Below the pieces are notes generated by a model. That model was given only the letters and a program-made list of their open reading frames with translations. It was not told the origin of the DNA and searched no databases. From IMG/VR virus record IMGVR_UViG_3300037466_003234: a stretch of 64,000 bases of DNA. The stretch is one strand, 5' to 3'. The position numbers were made by a program, and so were the translations under genes. This document shows positions 55,473-64,000 of the stretch, piece by piece (within the stretch, counting starts at the first letter, position 1; each line of letters opens with the position of its first letter). The stretch comes from a virus. Its lineage: Duplodnaviria; Heunggongvirae; Uroviricota; Caudoviricetes.

Positions 55473-56136
55473 CGTAATATTCGCCATCTTCCGATTTAAC
55501 GATTTTCTTTGGATTTCCTTCGGTCGGTAAATACTGACCGTCCAAAACCGCCGCATTTACCCATACTTTGCCGTCTTTGTAGGTATAGCCGCGAGACTCG
55601 TGAATGTGACCAAAGATATGGAGTTTCACATTGGTCTCCATGATCCTCTTATAGAGGGCTGGGCAGCCAACGTTTTTATTTTGATGTGGAATAAAATCTA
55701 GGCGATCCCAAGCGGGGCCATGGGTAATAAGGATTTCGGTATCCTCTGGGATCATATCCCAGTGGGGTTGAATTTCGATCTGATTGCGATTAAATGCCCA
55801 ATTGCAGAATTCTGGCTGAACAGGCGAACCCCAGATCTTAATTCCTTCGATTTCGATTCCGCTATCGTTAAGGAGTATGATCCCGCGATTCTTGCACTCG
55901 TCTGCGCAGAGGCTTGGATTTTCCTCAAAGAGCCAGTCGTGGTTGCCTGGAACGAATATCTTATGCTTGTAATTCTGTTTGGCATACCAGTCCAAAAAGT
56001 TCATTACTTCGCTAACTCTGCCGCCAAGGGTGGCGTCGCCAGCGTGAATAAGAATGTCTCCGCCAGGCATGGTAAATTTGTTATGCCTATTATGGGTGTC
56101 CGAAATAGCGTGAATTTTGATACCTTCTAAACTCAT
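55459..56136 (-). CDS. calcineurin-like metallophosphoesterase
   Basis: HAISDTHNRH, HAGDATLGG and VPGNHDW (GDxHG / GDxxDRG / GNH[DE]). Also ITHGPAW and GHIHE. Confidence 0.7.
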   Translation of the reverse strand: MSLEGIKIHAISDTHNRHNKFTMPGGDILIHAGDATLGGRVSEVMNFLDWYAKQNYKHKIFVPGNHDWLFEENPSLCADECKNRGIILLNDSGIEIEGIKIWGSPVQPEFCNWAFNRNQIEIQPHWDMIPEDTEILITHGPAWDRLDFIPHQNKNVGCPALYKRIMETNVKLHIFGHIHESRGYTYKDGKVWVNAAVLDGQYLPTEGNPKKIVKSEDGEYYVENE

Positions 56137-56270
56137 GCCATATTTATATCAGATCGGGTATAAGAATGGTTATTTCGTTAATTTCTATACCCGAAGGGGT
56201 ATAAAATAAAAAAGGGCCGGTACCCGAAGGTACCGACCCTTTAATTATTTACGCTACTAGCGCTCCAGGC

Positions 56271-57653
56271 TTAGTGGAGTTGGCCAGTGATGTTCTCGAT
56301 GAGAACATTCTTGCGAGGCTGATAAACAGCCAAGCTGAGGAAGCGGAAGTGCGCTTCTGGGAGCGACAAATCGCTAACAGCGAGCTTGAGCTTGCTGTAT
56401 GGAGCGAGTTGAGCGAGGCCCATCGTGTTTGCTTGGACCAAGAATCCGGTGACCGAGCCTGGAGCGCGGTTGCCGAGGTCGGTGAACACTGGGTTGCCAG
56501 CGCCTTGAGCAACGCGACCGATGAACTTAGCAGAAGCAGCGCTTCCACCAACGTCAGAGCGGTAAACGTTGTAATACTTAGCCTGAGCAACAGCGCCGAT
56601 CGTGACCGTGATCTTGTGCTGAGCAGCGATCGTTACAGATCCAGCAGCCGAAGGCATGGACTCACCGCGTTCGTTGCAAGCCGTAGCGTAGTACGTGAAT
56701 GCGCCGGCAGCGAGGAGGGTTCCTGCGGCACCTGCGTCAGCAACCGTGATCGAAGGAGCAGCTGGGCTGCCAGAACGAGCGCGGGCTGGGCGGGTCTTAC
56801 CAGACAAGAAGCGAGAAGCTTCTAGGCTGACAACTGCGCTGGAGGTCCACTGAGTGCGGAGGTGAGCGCCGGTTGATTCTTGAGCAGATCCAGCAAGAAC
56901 GATACGCTCCTTAGCGTGTGCGATCTTGTTGTATGCAGACAAGCTGATTGGGTCGAGCATGAGCTTGTCAGCTGCGCCCATGTTCATTGCAGAACGAACT
57001 GCAGCGTCTTCGATGATGGATTGCGAGAGCGTTCCACCAGCAGAGAGGACGACGGTTTGGTCAGAGCCAAACTCAGCGAACATAAGGTCTTGGGTGTTCG
57101 ACTGAGCGTCCGATTGACGAACTTGCTGGTCGAGACCGATCATGTTAGGAACCTTAGCAGCTGCCAATGGGTTACCATCGAACACACCTGCGTTGGAGTA
57201 GTCAGATTGACCACGGAAGCAGTCGAACTCGATGTCGCCAGCGAGCTTCATAGCTGCATCGCTAGCTGCGCGGTCTTCAGCCTTTTGGCCGTCGAACGTG
57301 CCGATCAAGTTAGCGGCAACGGTGACACGACGAGTCGTGCTGTAGTATGCCATAGGCACCACTGCACGAACGTAGTTCGAGGTTTCTTCTTCCCCGATAC
57401 CACCTTCATACTGTGCCGATCCACCAAAGATACCGTAGTCTAGCTGACGGTTGAATTGGTGAAGCTGGGACTTAACGTCCTTAGAAGGGATCATCTTCTG
57501 AAGCTTAATGTGTTGGTCTTCGAAAGTGACGTTGTGCATAACAGGGGAAAGGTCTTCCACCATTAGCGCAGCGCCTTGGGCTAGTTGGCCTGGAGCAGCA
57601 TTATAAGAACCTGCTTCCAAAGCTTTCATGAGTGATTGTAGTTGCTCAATCAT
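56271..57653 (-). CDS. major capsid protein (HK97-fold type)
   Basis: 460 aa immediately downstream of a scaffold-like gene. Ala/Gly/Ser/Thr-rich capsid-like composition. Confidence 0.6.
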   Translation of the reverse strand: MIEQLQSLMKALEAGSYNAAPGQLAQGAALMVEDLSPVMHNVTFEDQHIKLQKMIPSKDVKSQLHQFNRQLDYGIFGGSAQYEGGIGEEETSNYVRAVVPMAYYSTTRRVTVAANLIGTFDGQKAEDRAASDAAMKLAGDIEFDCFRGQSDYSNAGVFDGNPLAAAKVPNMIGLDQQVRQSDAQSNTQDLMFAEFGSDQTVVLSAGGTLSQSIIEDAAVRSAMNMGAADKLMLDPISLSAYNKIAHAKERIVLAGSAQESTGAHLRTQWTSSAVVSLEASRFLSGKTRPARARSGSPAAPSITVADAGAAGTLLAAGAFTYYATACNERGESMPSAAGSVTIAAQHKITVTIGAVAQAKYYNVYRSDVGGSAASAKFIGRVAQGAGNPVFTDLGNRAPGSVTGFLVQANTMGLAQLAPYSKLKLAVSDLSLPEAHFRFLSLAVYQPRKNVLIENITGQLH

Positions 57654-57679
57654 TGTTATTCTCCTTAGTTAATTTCCGC

Positions 57680-58564
57680 TTACTTGAGTAAGTGGCTGAT
57701 TTTCTCAATACTTACTTGGCCCGTGCCGTAGTAAGCGTTAATTGCATCTCTGTCAGACTTGGTTAAAGTTGGATCTGCTGCTTTCTTCGTTAGAATCTGA
57801 GTGATTTCACTCTTAGTGAAGGTTTTCGCTTCGGCTTGAACGTTTTCGCTCTTAGCGACAACGTCGAGAGAAGTGATTGCCTTACCTACTGGAGCGGATC
57901 TCTTAGACATTTTGGTCAAGATTTCCGTAACTCCATCTAACGTTTTCTTAAGTTCTTCGATCTTTGCATCTTTTGCAGCGATCTCAGACTTTAGAAGGTC
58001 GGTCTCTTCGGACTTAACTTCGACCGAAACTTCCGTTTCAGACTTAGTCATTGCTGGGGCTGGAGCTTCAGCTTGCTGAGCTGCACCCTTAGCGTCTAGA
58101 GCCTTACGAACGGCGTCGTGGTGAGCCTTAAGTTCACCATGCGACATGGAGCTATACATCTGGTGCATATGTTCCATATCTTCGTCGTCGTACCCGTGAT
58201 CGTCGCCTTCTGCAGCTGGAGCTTCAGGAGCCTTAGCTTCATCAGCTGGGGCTTCTTTCTTATCTTCAGCTGGAGGAGCTTCTTTGCTTTCTTCCTTAGC
58301 TTCAGGGGCTTTTTCGCCTTCTTCTGCTTTAGGAGCTTCTTCAGCGGGTTTTTCTTCTTTCTTTTCTTCTGCTTTTGGCTCTTCCTTTTTCTCTTCAGGC
58401 TTCTTTTCGTCTTCAGCCTTAGCGAGAGGAGCAGCATCAGCAGCAGCGGTCGTAGATTCATCGGACTTAGCGAGCTTGAAGTCTTCTTCAGCTTTAGCCA
58501 AGTGAGCCGTGAACTCTCTTTCCACGTCTTCAATTAATTTTGCTAGTTCCTTCTCGGTGTACAT
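57680..58564 (-). CDS. scaffolding-like protein
   Basis: Highly charged Lys/Glu/Ala/Pro-rich helical protein directly upstream of the capsid gene. Confidence 0.5.
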   Translation of the reverse strand: MYTEKELAKLIEDVEREFTAHLAKAEEDFKLAKSDESTTAAADAAPLAKAEDEKKPEEKKEEPKAEEKKEEKPAEEAPKAEEGEKAPEAKEESKEAPPAEDKKEAPADEAKAPEAPAAEGDDHGYDDEDMEHMHQMYSSMSHGELKAHHDAVRKALDAKGAAQQAEAPAPAMTKSETEVSVEVKSEETDLLKSEIAAKDAKIEELKKTLDGVTEILTKMSKRSAPVGKAITSLDVVAKSENVQAEAKTFTKSEITQILTKKAADPTLTKSDRDAINAYYGTGQVSIEKISHLLK

Positions 58565-58591
58565 AGTAGTAACCTCCTACAATGTTACCGA

Positions 58592-59041
58592 TTAGACGCC
58601 CTTAGTTGGCCAGTAGAGATCCTCTAGCTCGATTGCAGCAGCGGCAGCGTTAAGAGCAGCTTCGCTTGGAACGGTTCCGTTAGCGATTTCCTTAACTTGC
58701 ACTTTTGCGCCGATAGCGAAAACTTCGCGAGCAACAGTCATGAGGTCAGTAGCAGCTGGGGTTGGCTTGCCGTTAGCATCGAGTTCGTAGCCGAGTTCGA
58801 TAGCGTGTGGAGCGAAAGCGGTAAGCGAGTTACCGAAAACGTCCTTAGAAACTGCGTCAGCAGCGCTGCAGCGAAGAGCGATAACAGATTCGCCGGTAGC
58901 TGGGGTTGCGTCTGCGGAAACGATGATCATTGGCCATCCTTGAGCGTCGGTCGATTGCGTAATGACTTTGCTTGCAAGGCGGATTTTAAGCTTGTCAGCG
59001 AGATCGCGGAATAGCGCGATTGCTTTTGCGGTTGATTTCAT
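58592..59041 (-). CDS. hypothetical head-module protein
   Basis: First gene of the minus-strand structural operon. Function unknown. Confidence 0.5.
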   Translation of the reverse strand: MKSTAKAIALFRDLADKLKIRLASKVITQSTDAQGWPMIIVSADATPATGESVIALRCSAADAVSKDVFGNSLTAFAPHAIELGYELDANGKPTPAATDLMTVAREVFAIGAKVQVKEIANGTVPSEAALNAAAAAIELEDLYWPTKGV

Positions 59042-59250
59042 GTAAAAATCTCCTGTTTAGAGTTGTGTTAACACCGCTACTTTCACTAAGTAGCGTAACC
59101 TTACGATATGATTAAATGATTCTTGCTCTGACCATTTATTAAGTCATTTCAATAGGTTACGAGCATTTTATTGCAATTTAACCAATTAGATCGGTTACTT
59201 AATGCCGTTATTTCCAGCCTAATCTTCTTTAAGATATAGGTAGGACATAG

Positions 59251-60753
59251 ATGGCCACATTCATTCACGGCATTGCCGCATCAGAAAATATCGATTCCTC
59301 TGGCGAAGTAGTTTCCATCGTCGGTATGGATATTTCTTCACTAGACAAGACTGGCGTGTTCAATTGGGAGCACGATCAGGCCACAGGTCCGAATGGCGAG
59401 AAATTAACGATTAAGCTACCTTCCAATGTTGTAGGTAAGATCTTGAAAGCAAAGAAGATCTTTTCCGAACAAGACTGTGAAGATGAGCACCAGCTTTATT
59501 TCTGGAATAAGATCAAAACCCCATACCTTTACGTTATGGGCGAACTTTTGGACGATTATAAGGATTCTGCCAAGGAAGTAGCTGGAATGTTCCGCTATGA
59601 CGCAGATAGGCAGAATCAAAATGAACACGACATTATTGGTTTTTCGATCGAAGGCAATAACCTCAAAAAAGAGGGAATGACCATTACCCGCTCGATCGCC
59701 CGAAAATTAACGATCACAACCGGCCCTTGCAATAAAGCTTGTGTGGCCGAAATAATGCCTGATCAGGGTGAAAGTCAGATTAAAGACGATATTGATAGCA
59801 TCTTCAAATCCGAAGAAAGCTTTGATATTCAACTATTTAAGTCTGACAAGCTTGATCAGATGTACGAAGACTTCTTGGCCAAGAAAGAGGAAGCCATGAA
59901 TAAAGCAGATCCAAAAACCCTCAATGGCCCAGCTAAGGCACCGATGGCGCCTATGGCTCCTGCCCAGACCACGACCGCCGGTCGAGTCCATGGTTGGCAT
60001 GCTTCTATTAGCCAGCATAGCGGTGGAACTAACGTTAATTTCGAACATCCGCAGCATGGCATGGTCACGGTTCATAAGAATCCTGAGTCCAATCACTACG
60101 AAGTAAAGCATAATGGCGCTCACGCAGGTCTTATGGGTCACAAAGGTATTCATCCAGATGCCGCCTCTGCCGTAGCCCACGCTAAAAACTACATCCAAGC
60201 AGTTAACTCCGGCAAGGTAGCAGGCAAACGCATGATGAACGTTAATTCCAATATGGGAATTGACAAAAAACCTGTCGCCAAGGCCGATACCGCTGGATCT
60301 GCCAACGTAGCTCCATCACAATTAACAGGCACCGCAGCCCTCGCCAAAGAAGATCTTGATAAGGCAGACGCAGGTGTTTACAATCAAAAAGGAGTTCACC
60401 TTCCTCCTTTGAGCGATAAGAAGGGTGGAACCAGCGTAATGGGCACTCATGTCAGAAACCCTTCTAGTGCCGGAGCAGGATCTAAAGAGATGGCTCGCCG
60501 CCATGCTCAAAATGGCCTAAAACAGCTCAAAGAAATGCCTAAGCCGAAATTAACGAAGTCTGACTGGCTTGATCGTGCGGACGAAGCTTACCAAAACTGG
60601 GATAAAAAAGAACAATTTGAAGCATTTATGCATTCCCGCCTTCCGCACCTAGCTAAGGGTGAGGTTGAAGCTATCGGAAAAACGTTAGCGTTGAAAAAAT
60701 CCCTTGATTTCGAGGCCGCTTTAGGTAAACTGATTAAGAAACAAGAAGAATAA
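59251..60753 (+). CDS. prohead protease-like (HK97 U35/S78 family) N-terminal domain fused to long low-complexity C-terminal region
   Basis: N-terminus FIHGIAASENIDSSGEVVSIVGMD resembles the protease pattern G-Y-A-S...D..G-[DE]-V-V. Divergent from the capsid operon. Confidence 0.4.
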   Translation: MATFIHGIAASENIDSSGEVVSIVGMDISSLDKTGVFNWEHDQATGPNGEKLTIKLPSNVVGKILKAKKIFSEQDCEDEHQLYFWNKIKTPYLYVMGELLDDYKDSAKEVAGMFRYDADRQNQNEHDIIGFSIEGNNLKKEGMTITRSIARKLTITTGPCNKACVAEIMPDQGESQIKDDIDSIFKSEESFDIQLFKSDKLDQMYEDFLAKKEEAMNKADPKTLNGPAKAPMAPMAPAQTTTAGRVHGWHASISQHSGGTNVNFEHPQHGMVTVHKNPESNHYEVKHNGAHAGLMGHKGIHPDAASAVAHAKNYIQAVNSGKVAGKRMMNVNSNMGIDKKPVAKADTAGSANVAPSQLTGTAALAKEDLDKADAGVYNQKGVHLPPLSDKKGGTSVMGTHVRNPSSAGAGSKEMARRHAQNGLKQLKEMPKPKLTKSDWLDRADEAYQNWDKKEQFEAFMHSRLPHLAKGEVEAIGKTLALKKSLDFEAALGKLIKKQEE

Positions 60754-60838
60754 GAACATAGTGTTGTCATGTATTCCTTTTATGGGCCAGGGGTGGCAAA
60801 CCTCTGGCCCTTTTTGTTTATGATATATACGGTTCAAT

Positions 60839-60914
60839 GGGGTCGTAGCTCAGTTGGTAGAGCGGTAGCTTTGCAAGCTATAGGTCAAGGGTTCGAGTCC
60901 CTTCTTCTCCACCA
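60839..60914 (+). tRNA. tRNA-Ala (TGC) with imperfect acceptor stem
   Basis: D-arm GCTC-AGTTGGTA-GAGC. Anticodon loop TTTGCAA. T-arm AAGGG-TTCGAGT-CCCTT. CCA encoded. G3-U70 present; mismatches at 5-68 and 6-67. Confidence 0.6.
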
Positions 60915-60957
60915 AGTTTAATTTGCCGCTTGCGGGCGGGGCCTGCCGCAACAGGTC

Positions 60958-61029
60958 GCTATCGTCGTCTAGGGGCCTAGGATACCGTCATTTCGGGCGG
61001 AGACGCTGGTTCAAATCCAGCCGATAGCT
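60958..61029 (+). tRNA. tRNA-Glu-like gene with aberrant anticodon loop
   Basis: Acceptor GCTATCG/CGATAGC. D-arm TCGTCTAGGGGCCTAGGATA and T-arm GCTGG-TTCAAAT-CCAGC parallel E. coli tRNA-Glu. Anticodon region CCGTCATTTCGGGCGG is 1 nt short (6- or 8-nt loop). Confidence 0.4.
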
Positions 61030-61142
61030 ATTTTCTTGTTGTCTTATTTTCTTATCTGATATAATCTTATTTGTATAGCGATGCCGATTGATAGTGCAAA
61101 GCTAGAAATTAACACTCGTAGGAATATTACGAGGAGGACAAA

Positions 61143-61922
61143 ATGATTTATCTCAATGACCAACCGGTCAATACTACCATTTTCCCAGACAACACTTCTC
61201 AGGTCTGGAAGCTTCCCAAAGATATCTTTTTTAAATCCTATATTTCAATTAAATGGGCTTTTTCTAATGAAGGCGAGTTTTTACAGCTTGCTCAGCTAAA
61301 GCATCTTTTGAGTAATAAGTGCCAATACGGTCCATTTATCACTCTTACCTTAACCTATTTGCCATATGGCAGACAAGATAAGGAAGTTTGCAATGAGGCC
61401 ACTTTCGCCCTTCGCACTTTTGCCGCTCTGCTCAACACCTTGCAATTCGACTCTGTCATCATTCATGATCCTCACAGTAAAATTGCGCTGGATTTGATCA
61501 ATAATTCTCATGCAGTTTATCCAGAGAGAAAAATTTTAGACGCTAGAGTGGCCACAAATTCTCCGCTACTCTGCTATCCCGATAAGGGCGCTGTAAGTAA
61601 ATATTCTGAGACGTATCCTGGGTGGGATTACATTTACGGTCAAAAAGTCCGCGATCAATTGACTGGAAACATTACGCACTATGAGCTTATCGGTGATTGT
61701 GTCGGCCAAAACGTACTTATCGTGGACGATATCTGCGATGGCGGAATGACTTTTATTTTGCTTGCCAAAAGCTTGCTGGCAGCAGGTGCTAAAGAGGTAA
61801 ACCTTTTTGTCACCCATGGAATTTTCTCCAAAGGGACGAGAGTTCTATTTGAAGCAGGCATTAAACGCGTGTTTACCCAAGATGGTGAAGTCGGGCCACG
61901 CGAAACCTCAATTCAGTTCTAA
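61143..61922 (+). CDS. PRPP-synthetase-family pyrophosphokinase (candidate ADP-ribose pyrophosphokinase, Adps-like)
   Basis: VLIVDDICDGGMTFILLAKSLLAAGAKEVNLFVTHGIFS is the PRPP-binding / phosphoribosyltransferase motif. Directly upstream of a NAMPT-family gene. Confidence 0.7.
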   Translation: MIYLNDQPVNTTIFPDNTSQVWKLPKDIFFKSYISIKWAFSNEGEFLQLAQLKHLLSNKCQYGPFITLTLTYLPYGRQDKEVCNEATFALRTFAALLNTLQFDSVIIHDPHSKIALDLINNSHAVYPERKILDARVATNSPLLCYPDKGAVSKYSETYPGWDYIYGQKVRDQLTGNITHYELIGDCVGQNVLIVDDICDGGMTFILLAKSLLAAGAKEVNLFVTHGIFSKGTRVLFEAGIKRVFTQDGEVGPRETSIQF

Positions 61923-61936
61923 TTATAGGAGATTAT

Positions 61937-63397
61937 ATGAAGAACTTATCTGCAATGTTGTTGTGTGATTTTTATAAAATTAGCCATAGGGCTATGTATC
62001 CAGTGGGCACTGAAGTCGTTTATTCGACCTGGACGCCTCGCGCTTCTCGCATGAATGGAGTGGAAAAGGTCGTTGCCTTTGGCTTCCAAGCTTTCTTGAA
62101 AGAGCTTAACGAATATTTTGACGTTAATTTCTTCGGTAGAGATAAGGAAGAGGTTGTTTTTGAATATTCTCGTATTGTCAAACACACCTTAGGTGTCGAA
62201 AATCCTGAAACTAAGCATATCGAAGATTTGCATGATCTTGGATACCTGCCTTTGTCGATCAAGGCCCTCCCAGAAGGAACCTTGGTACCACTTCGCGTTC
62301 CAATGCTTACGATCCAAAACACCGACCCTCGCTTCTTCTGGCTCACCAACTACATTGAGACCTTGGCCTCATGCCAACTCTGGCAGCCTTGCACGTCGGC
62401 AACGATTGCACGCGAATATCGTCAGATCCTTGATAAATGGGCCATGAAGACCGTTGGAAATACTGATTTCGTTCCTTTCCAGGGCCACGACTTCTCTATG
62501 CGCGGCATGAGTTCGCTTGATTCAGCGATGCTCAGTGGCATGGGCCACCTCACCCAATTCGTTGGCACCGACACGATTCCTGCTATCCAGGTAGCTGAAA
62601 AGTATTATGGAGCTAATGTTCAGACGGAAATGGTAGGAACGTCAATTCCTGCAACGGAACACTCGATCCAATGTGCTTATGGTAACGACGTTGAATACTA
62701 CAAAAACATGATCAATCGCGTCCATCCAAGTGGCTTCGTATCGATCGTGTCTGACGGATACGACTTCTGGGATGTCATCACTCGCGTAATTCCTTCCTTG
62801 AAACGCGATATCTTGAAACGCGATGGTCGCGTTGTTGTTCGCCCTGACTCTGGAGATCCAGTTCTTATTGTTTGCGGTGATCCAAATGCTCCAGTTGGAA
62901 GCCCTGAATATAAGGGTGCAATTGAGTGTCTTTACGAAACTTTTGGTGGAACCGTCACTAAAGAAGGTTATAAAGTGCTCGATAGCCATATCGGCTTGAT
63001 TTACGGTGACGCTATTACCCTTCGCCGCGCAGAAGAGATCTGCGAGCGTTTGGCTGCCAAGAGATTTGCTTCGATTAATGTTGTGTTCGGTATCGGTTCT
63101 TATACGTACCAATACAATACTCGTGACACCTTCGGATTTGCCCTTAAGAGCACGCTCTGCGTGATTAACGGCGAAGAAAAGCATATCTTTAAAGACCCTA
63201 AGACCGATAACGGCATCAAAAAGAGCCAAAAAGGTCGCGTGGCCGTCTTGAAGGATGGTAAAGAAGGTCTTAAATTCGTTGACGGCCTTGGCCTTCAAGA
63301 TAACCTCGTTAGTGATCAGCTTGTCGAGATTTATCGTGACGGCGAAATCCTTAAAGAGTATACTTTCGAAGAGATTCGCGCTCGCCTGAAGGGCTAA
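61937..63397 (+). CDS. nicotinamide phosphoribosyltransferase family protein (NAMPT/NadV-like; candidate nicotinamide ADPR transferase, Namat-like)
   Basis: N-terminus LLCDFYKISH and overall about 486 aa are NAMPT-like. Adjacent to the Prs-like gene. Confidence 0.75.
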   Translation: MKNLSAMLLCDFYKISHRAMYPVGTEVVYSTWTPRASRMNGVEKVVAFGFQAFLKELNEYFDVNFFGRDKEEVVFEYSRIVKHTLGVENPETKHIEDLHDLGYLPLSIKALPEGTLVPLRVPMLTIQNTDPRFFWLTNYIETLASCQLWQPCTSATIAREYRQILDKWAMKTVGNTDFVPFQGHDFSMRGMSSLDSAMLSGMGHLTQFVGTDTIPAIQVAEKYYGANVQTEMVGTSIPATEHSIQCAYGNDVEYYKNMINRVHPSGFVSIVSDGYDFWDVITRVIPSLKRDILKRDGRVVVRPDSGDPVLIVCGDPNAPVGSPEYKGAIECLYETFGGTVTKEGYKVLDSHIGLIYGDAITLRRAEEICERLAAKRFASINVVFGIGSYTYQYNTRDTFGFALKSTLCVINGEEKHIFKDPKTDNGIKKSQKGRVAVLKDGKEGLKFVDGLGLQDNLVSDQLVEIYRDGEILKEYTFEEIRARLKG

Positions 63398-63447
63398 CAG
63401 AGAATGTAGGGTCGCTCCCTACCCAGACCGGTGGTTCCTGGTGACAA

Positions 63448-63471
63448 GCGGGGAGAGACCCGCACATTTTT
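63448..63471 (+). terminator. weak intrinsic terminator
   Basis: GCGGG-gagaga-CCCGC then ACATTTTTA. Confidence 0.35.
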
Positions 63472-63513
63472 ACAGACGATGCGTCACCTGCCCACCCAGG
63501 AGGGTGGCTGTGG

Positions 63514-63753
63514 ATGAGTGGTGAGGATGGCCTGCTGGCTACTTTTATGACTGAATTGCTTATATCCCTAGCTTTAGCGTCTTGCCCGGCTACGCAAATG
63601 ATCAATAAGACAGCGTATCCATGGAACGATAACGATAAGCAGACGATGAAATACTGTCAGAGAAGGTGCTCAGACTACTACCCCGACGCGCCCTGTCTTA
63701 AACAGTTCATCAAGTGGAATAAGCAAGACTATCACTGTCTTTGTGGCATTTAA
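63514..63753 (+). CDS. Cys-rich small protein
   Basis: GGAGGG SD inside a CCACC/GGTGG stem. MKYCQRRCSDYYPDAPC...CLCG. Confidence 0.45.
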   Translation: MSGEDGLLATFMTELLISLALASCPATQMINKTAYPWNDNDKQTMKYCQRRCSDYYPDAPCLKQFIKWNKQDYHCLCGI

Positions 63754-64000
63754 GGCTTAAAGAAGCGTAAATGAATAACTGGTAAATTGTCGAGATGAAC
63801 CCAGCCACCGTTAAGGTCTTCCATGCGTAGTCCAAGCTCTTCTAGGTGAGGAAGAAGGATCTGACGGATCTTTGCACAGTTTGCGGCGCCTTCAAAGCCA
63901 GAGATGTGGAAATCGATAGCGTGACCGGTCTTGTGAGGCGAGTTTGGAACGTGCTTTTTAGCCTTTTCTTCAGGTGTTAAGTCTTTCCAAACCTGGGTCT
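63750..64000 (-). CDS. peptidase M15 family (L-alanyl-D-glutamate peptidase/VanY-like) endolysin, C-terminal part; gene continues past window end
   Basis: Minus-frame translation ...SPHKTGHAIDFHISG...GGWVHLDNLPVIHLRFFKP* carries the SxHxxGxAxD and VHxD zinc-peptidase motifs. Confidence 0.55.
   Translation of the reverse strand, partial: TQVWKDLTPEEKAKKHVPNSPHKTGHAIDFHISGFEGAANCAKIRQILLPHLEELGLRMEDLNGGWVHLDNLPVIHLRFFKP

Noticed and set aside
58096-58537. Overlapping Lys/Phe-rich ORFs within the scaffold-like gene
   Set aside because: Low-complexity alternate-frame translations of the charged scaffold coding sequence.
41213-61029. Genetic-code reassignment (suppressor tRNAs) suggested by the aberrant tRNA genes
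   Set aside because: Long genes (rIIA, sheath, tail fibre, capsid, NAMPT) are uninterrupted under the standard code and end at sensible stop codons.
61143-61922. Interpretation as ordinary ribose-phosphate pyrophosphokinase for nucleotide synthesis
   Set aside because: It cannot be excluded, but the immediate coupling to a NAMPT-family gene makes the Adps/Namat interpretation more parsimonious.

Overview
This window is a ~64 kb stretch of a tailed dsDNA bacteriophage genome, myovirus-like, read under the standard genetic code.

Layout:
- 1-10 kb: minus-strand small genes. These include three consecutive signal-peptide proteins, a PPAT/NMNAT-family nucleotidyltransferase and an HNH endonuclease.
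- 10.0-11.2 kb: a ~1.1 kb non-coding divergent control region with iterons plus AT-rich tracts, a candidate origin.
- 11-34 kb: plus-strand early/middle region of many small genes served by two reiterated signals. One is a sigma70-like promoter family built around AAAAGATCTACGAGTTTTGAAAAT. The other is a conserved translation-initiation motif TAACGAAAGGGATAGNTTATG.
- Recognisable genes in that region: rIIA/rIIB, a stand-alone receiver-domain protein, a small kinase-like protein, a HicA-like protein, a lipoprotein, and a flotillin/SPFH protein.
- 34-36 kb: a membrane-protein cluster that looks lysis-like.
- 35.7-59 kb: a minus-strand virion module. It carries a 1176-aa tail fibre with DHxH metal-binding tandem repeats, tail tube, tail sheath, a 2H-phosphoesterase fused to a lytic-transglycosylase domain, major capsid and scaffold.
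- A cluster of 7-8 tRNA genes sits between the tail fibre and tail tube genes; several are non-canonical.
- 59-64 kb: plus-strand prohead-protease-like gene, tRNA-Ala plus an aberrant tRNA-Glu-like gene, a PRPP-synthetase-like/NAMPT-like pair that matches the NARP1 NAD+ reconstitution anti-defence module, and a truncated M15 peptidase (endolysin).

No CRISPR array, rRNA or integrase was seen. Coordinates from manual counting may be off by 1-2 nt.
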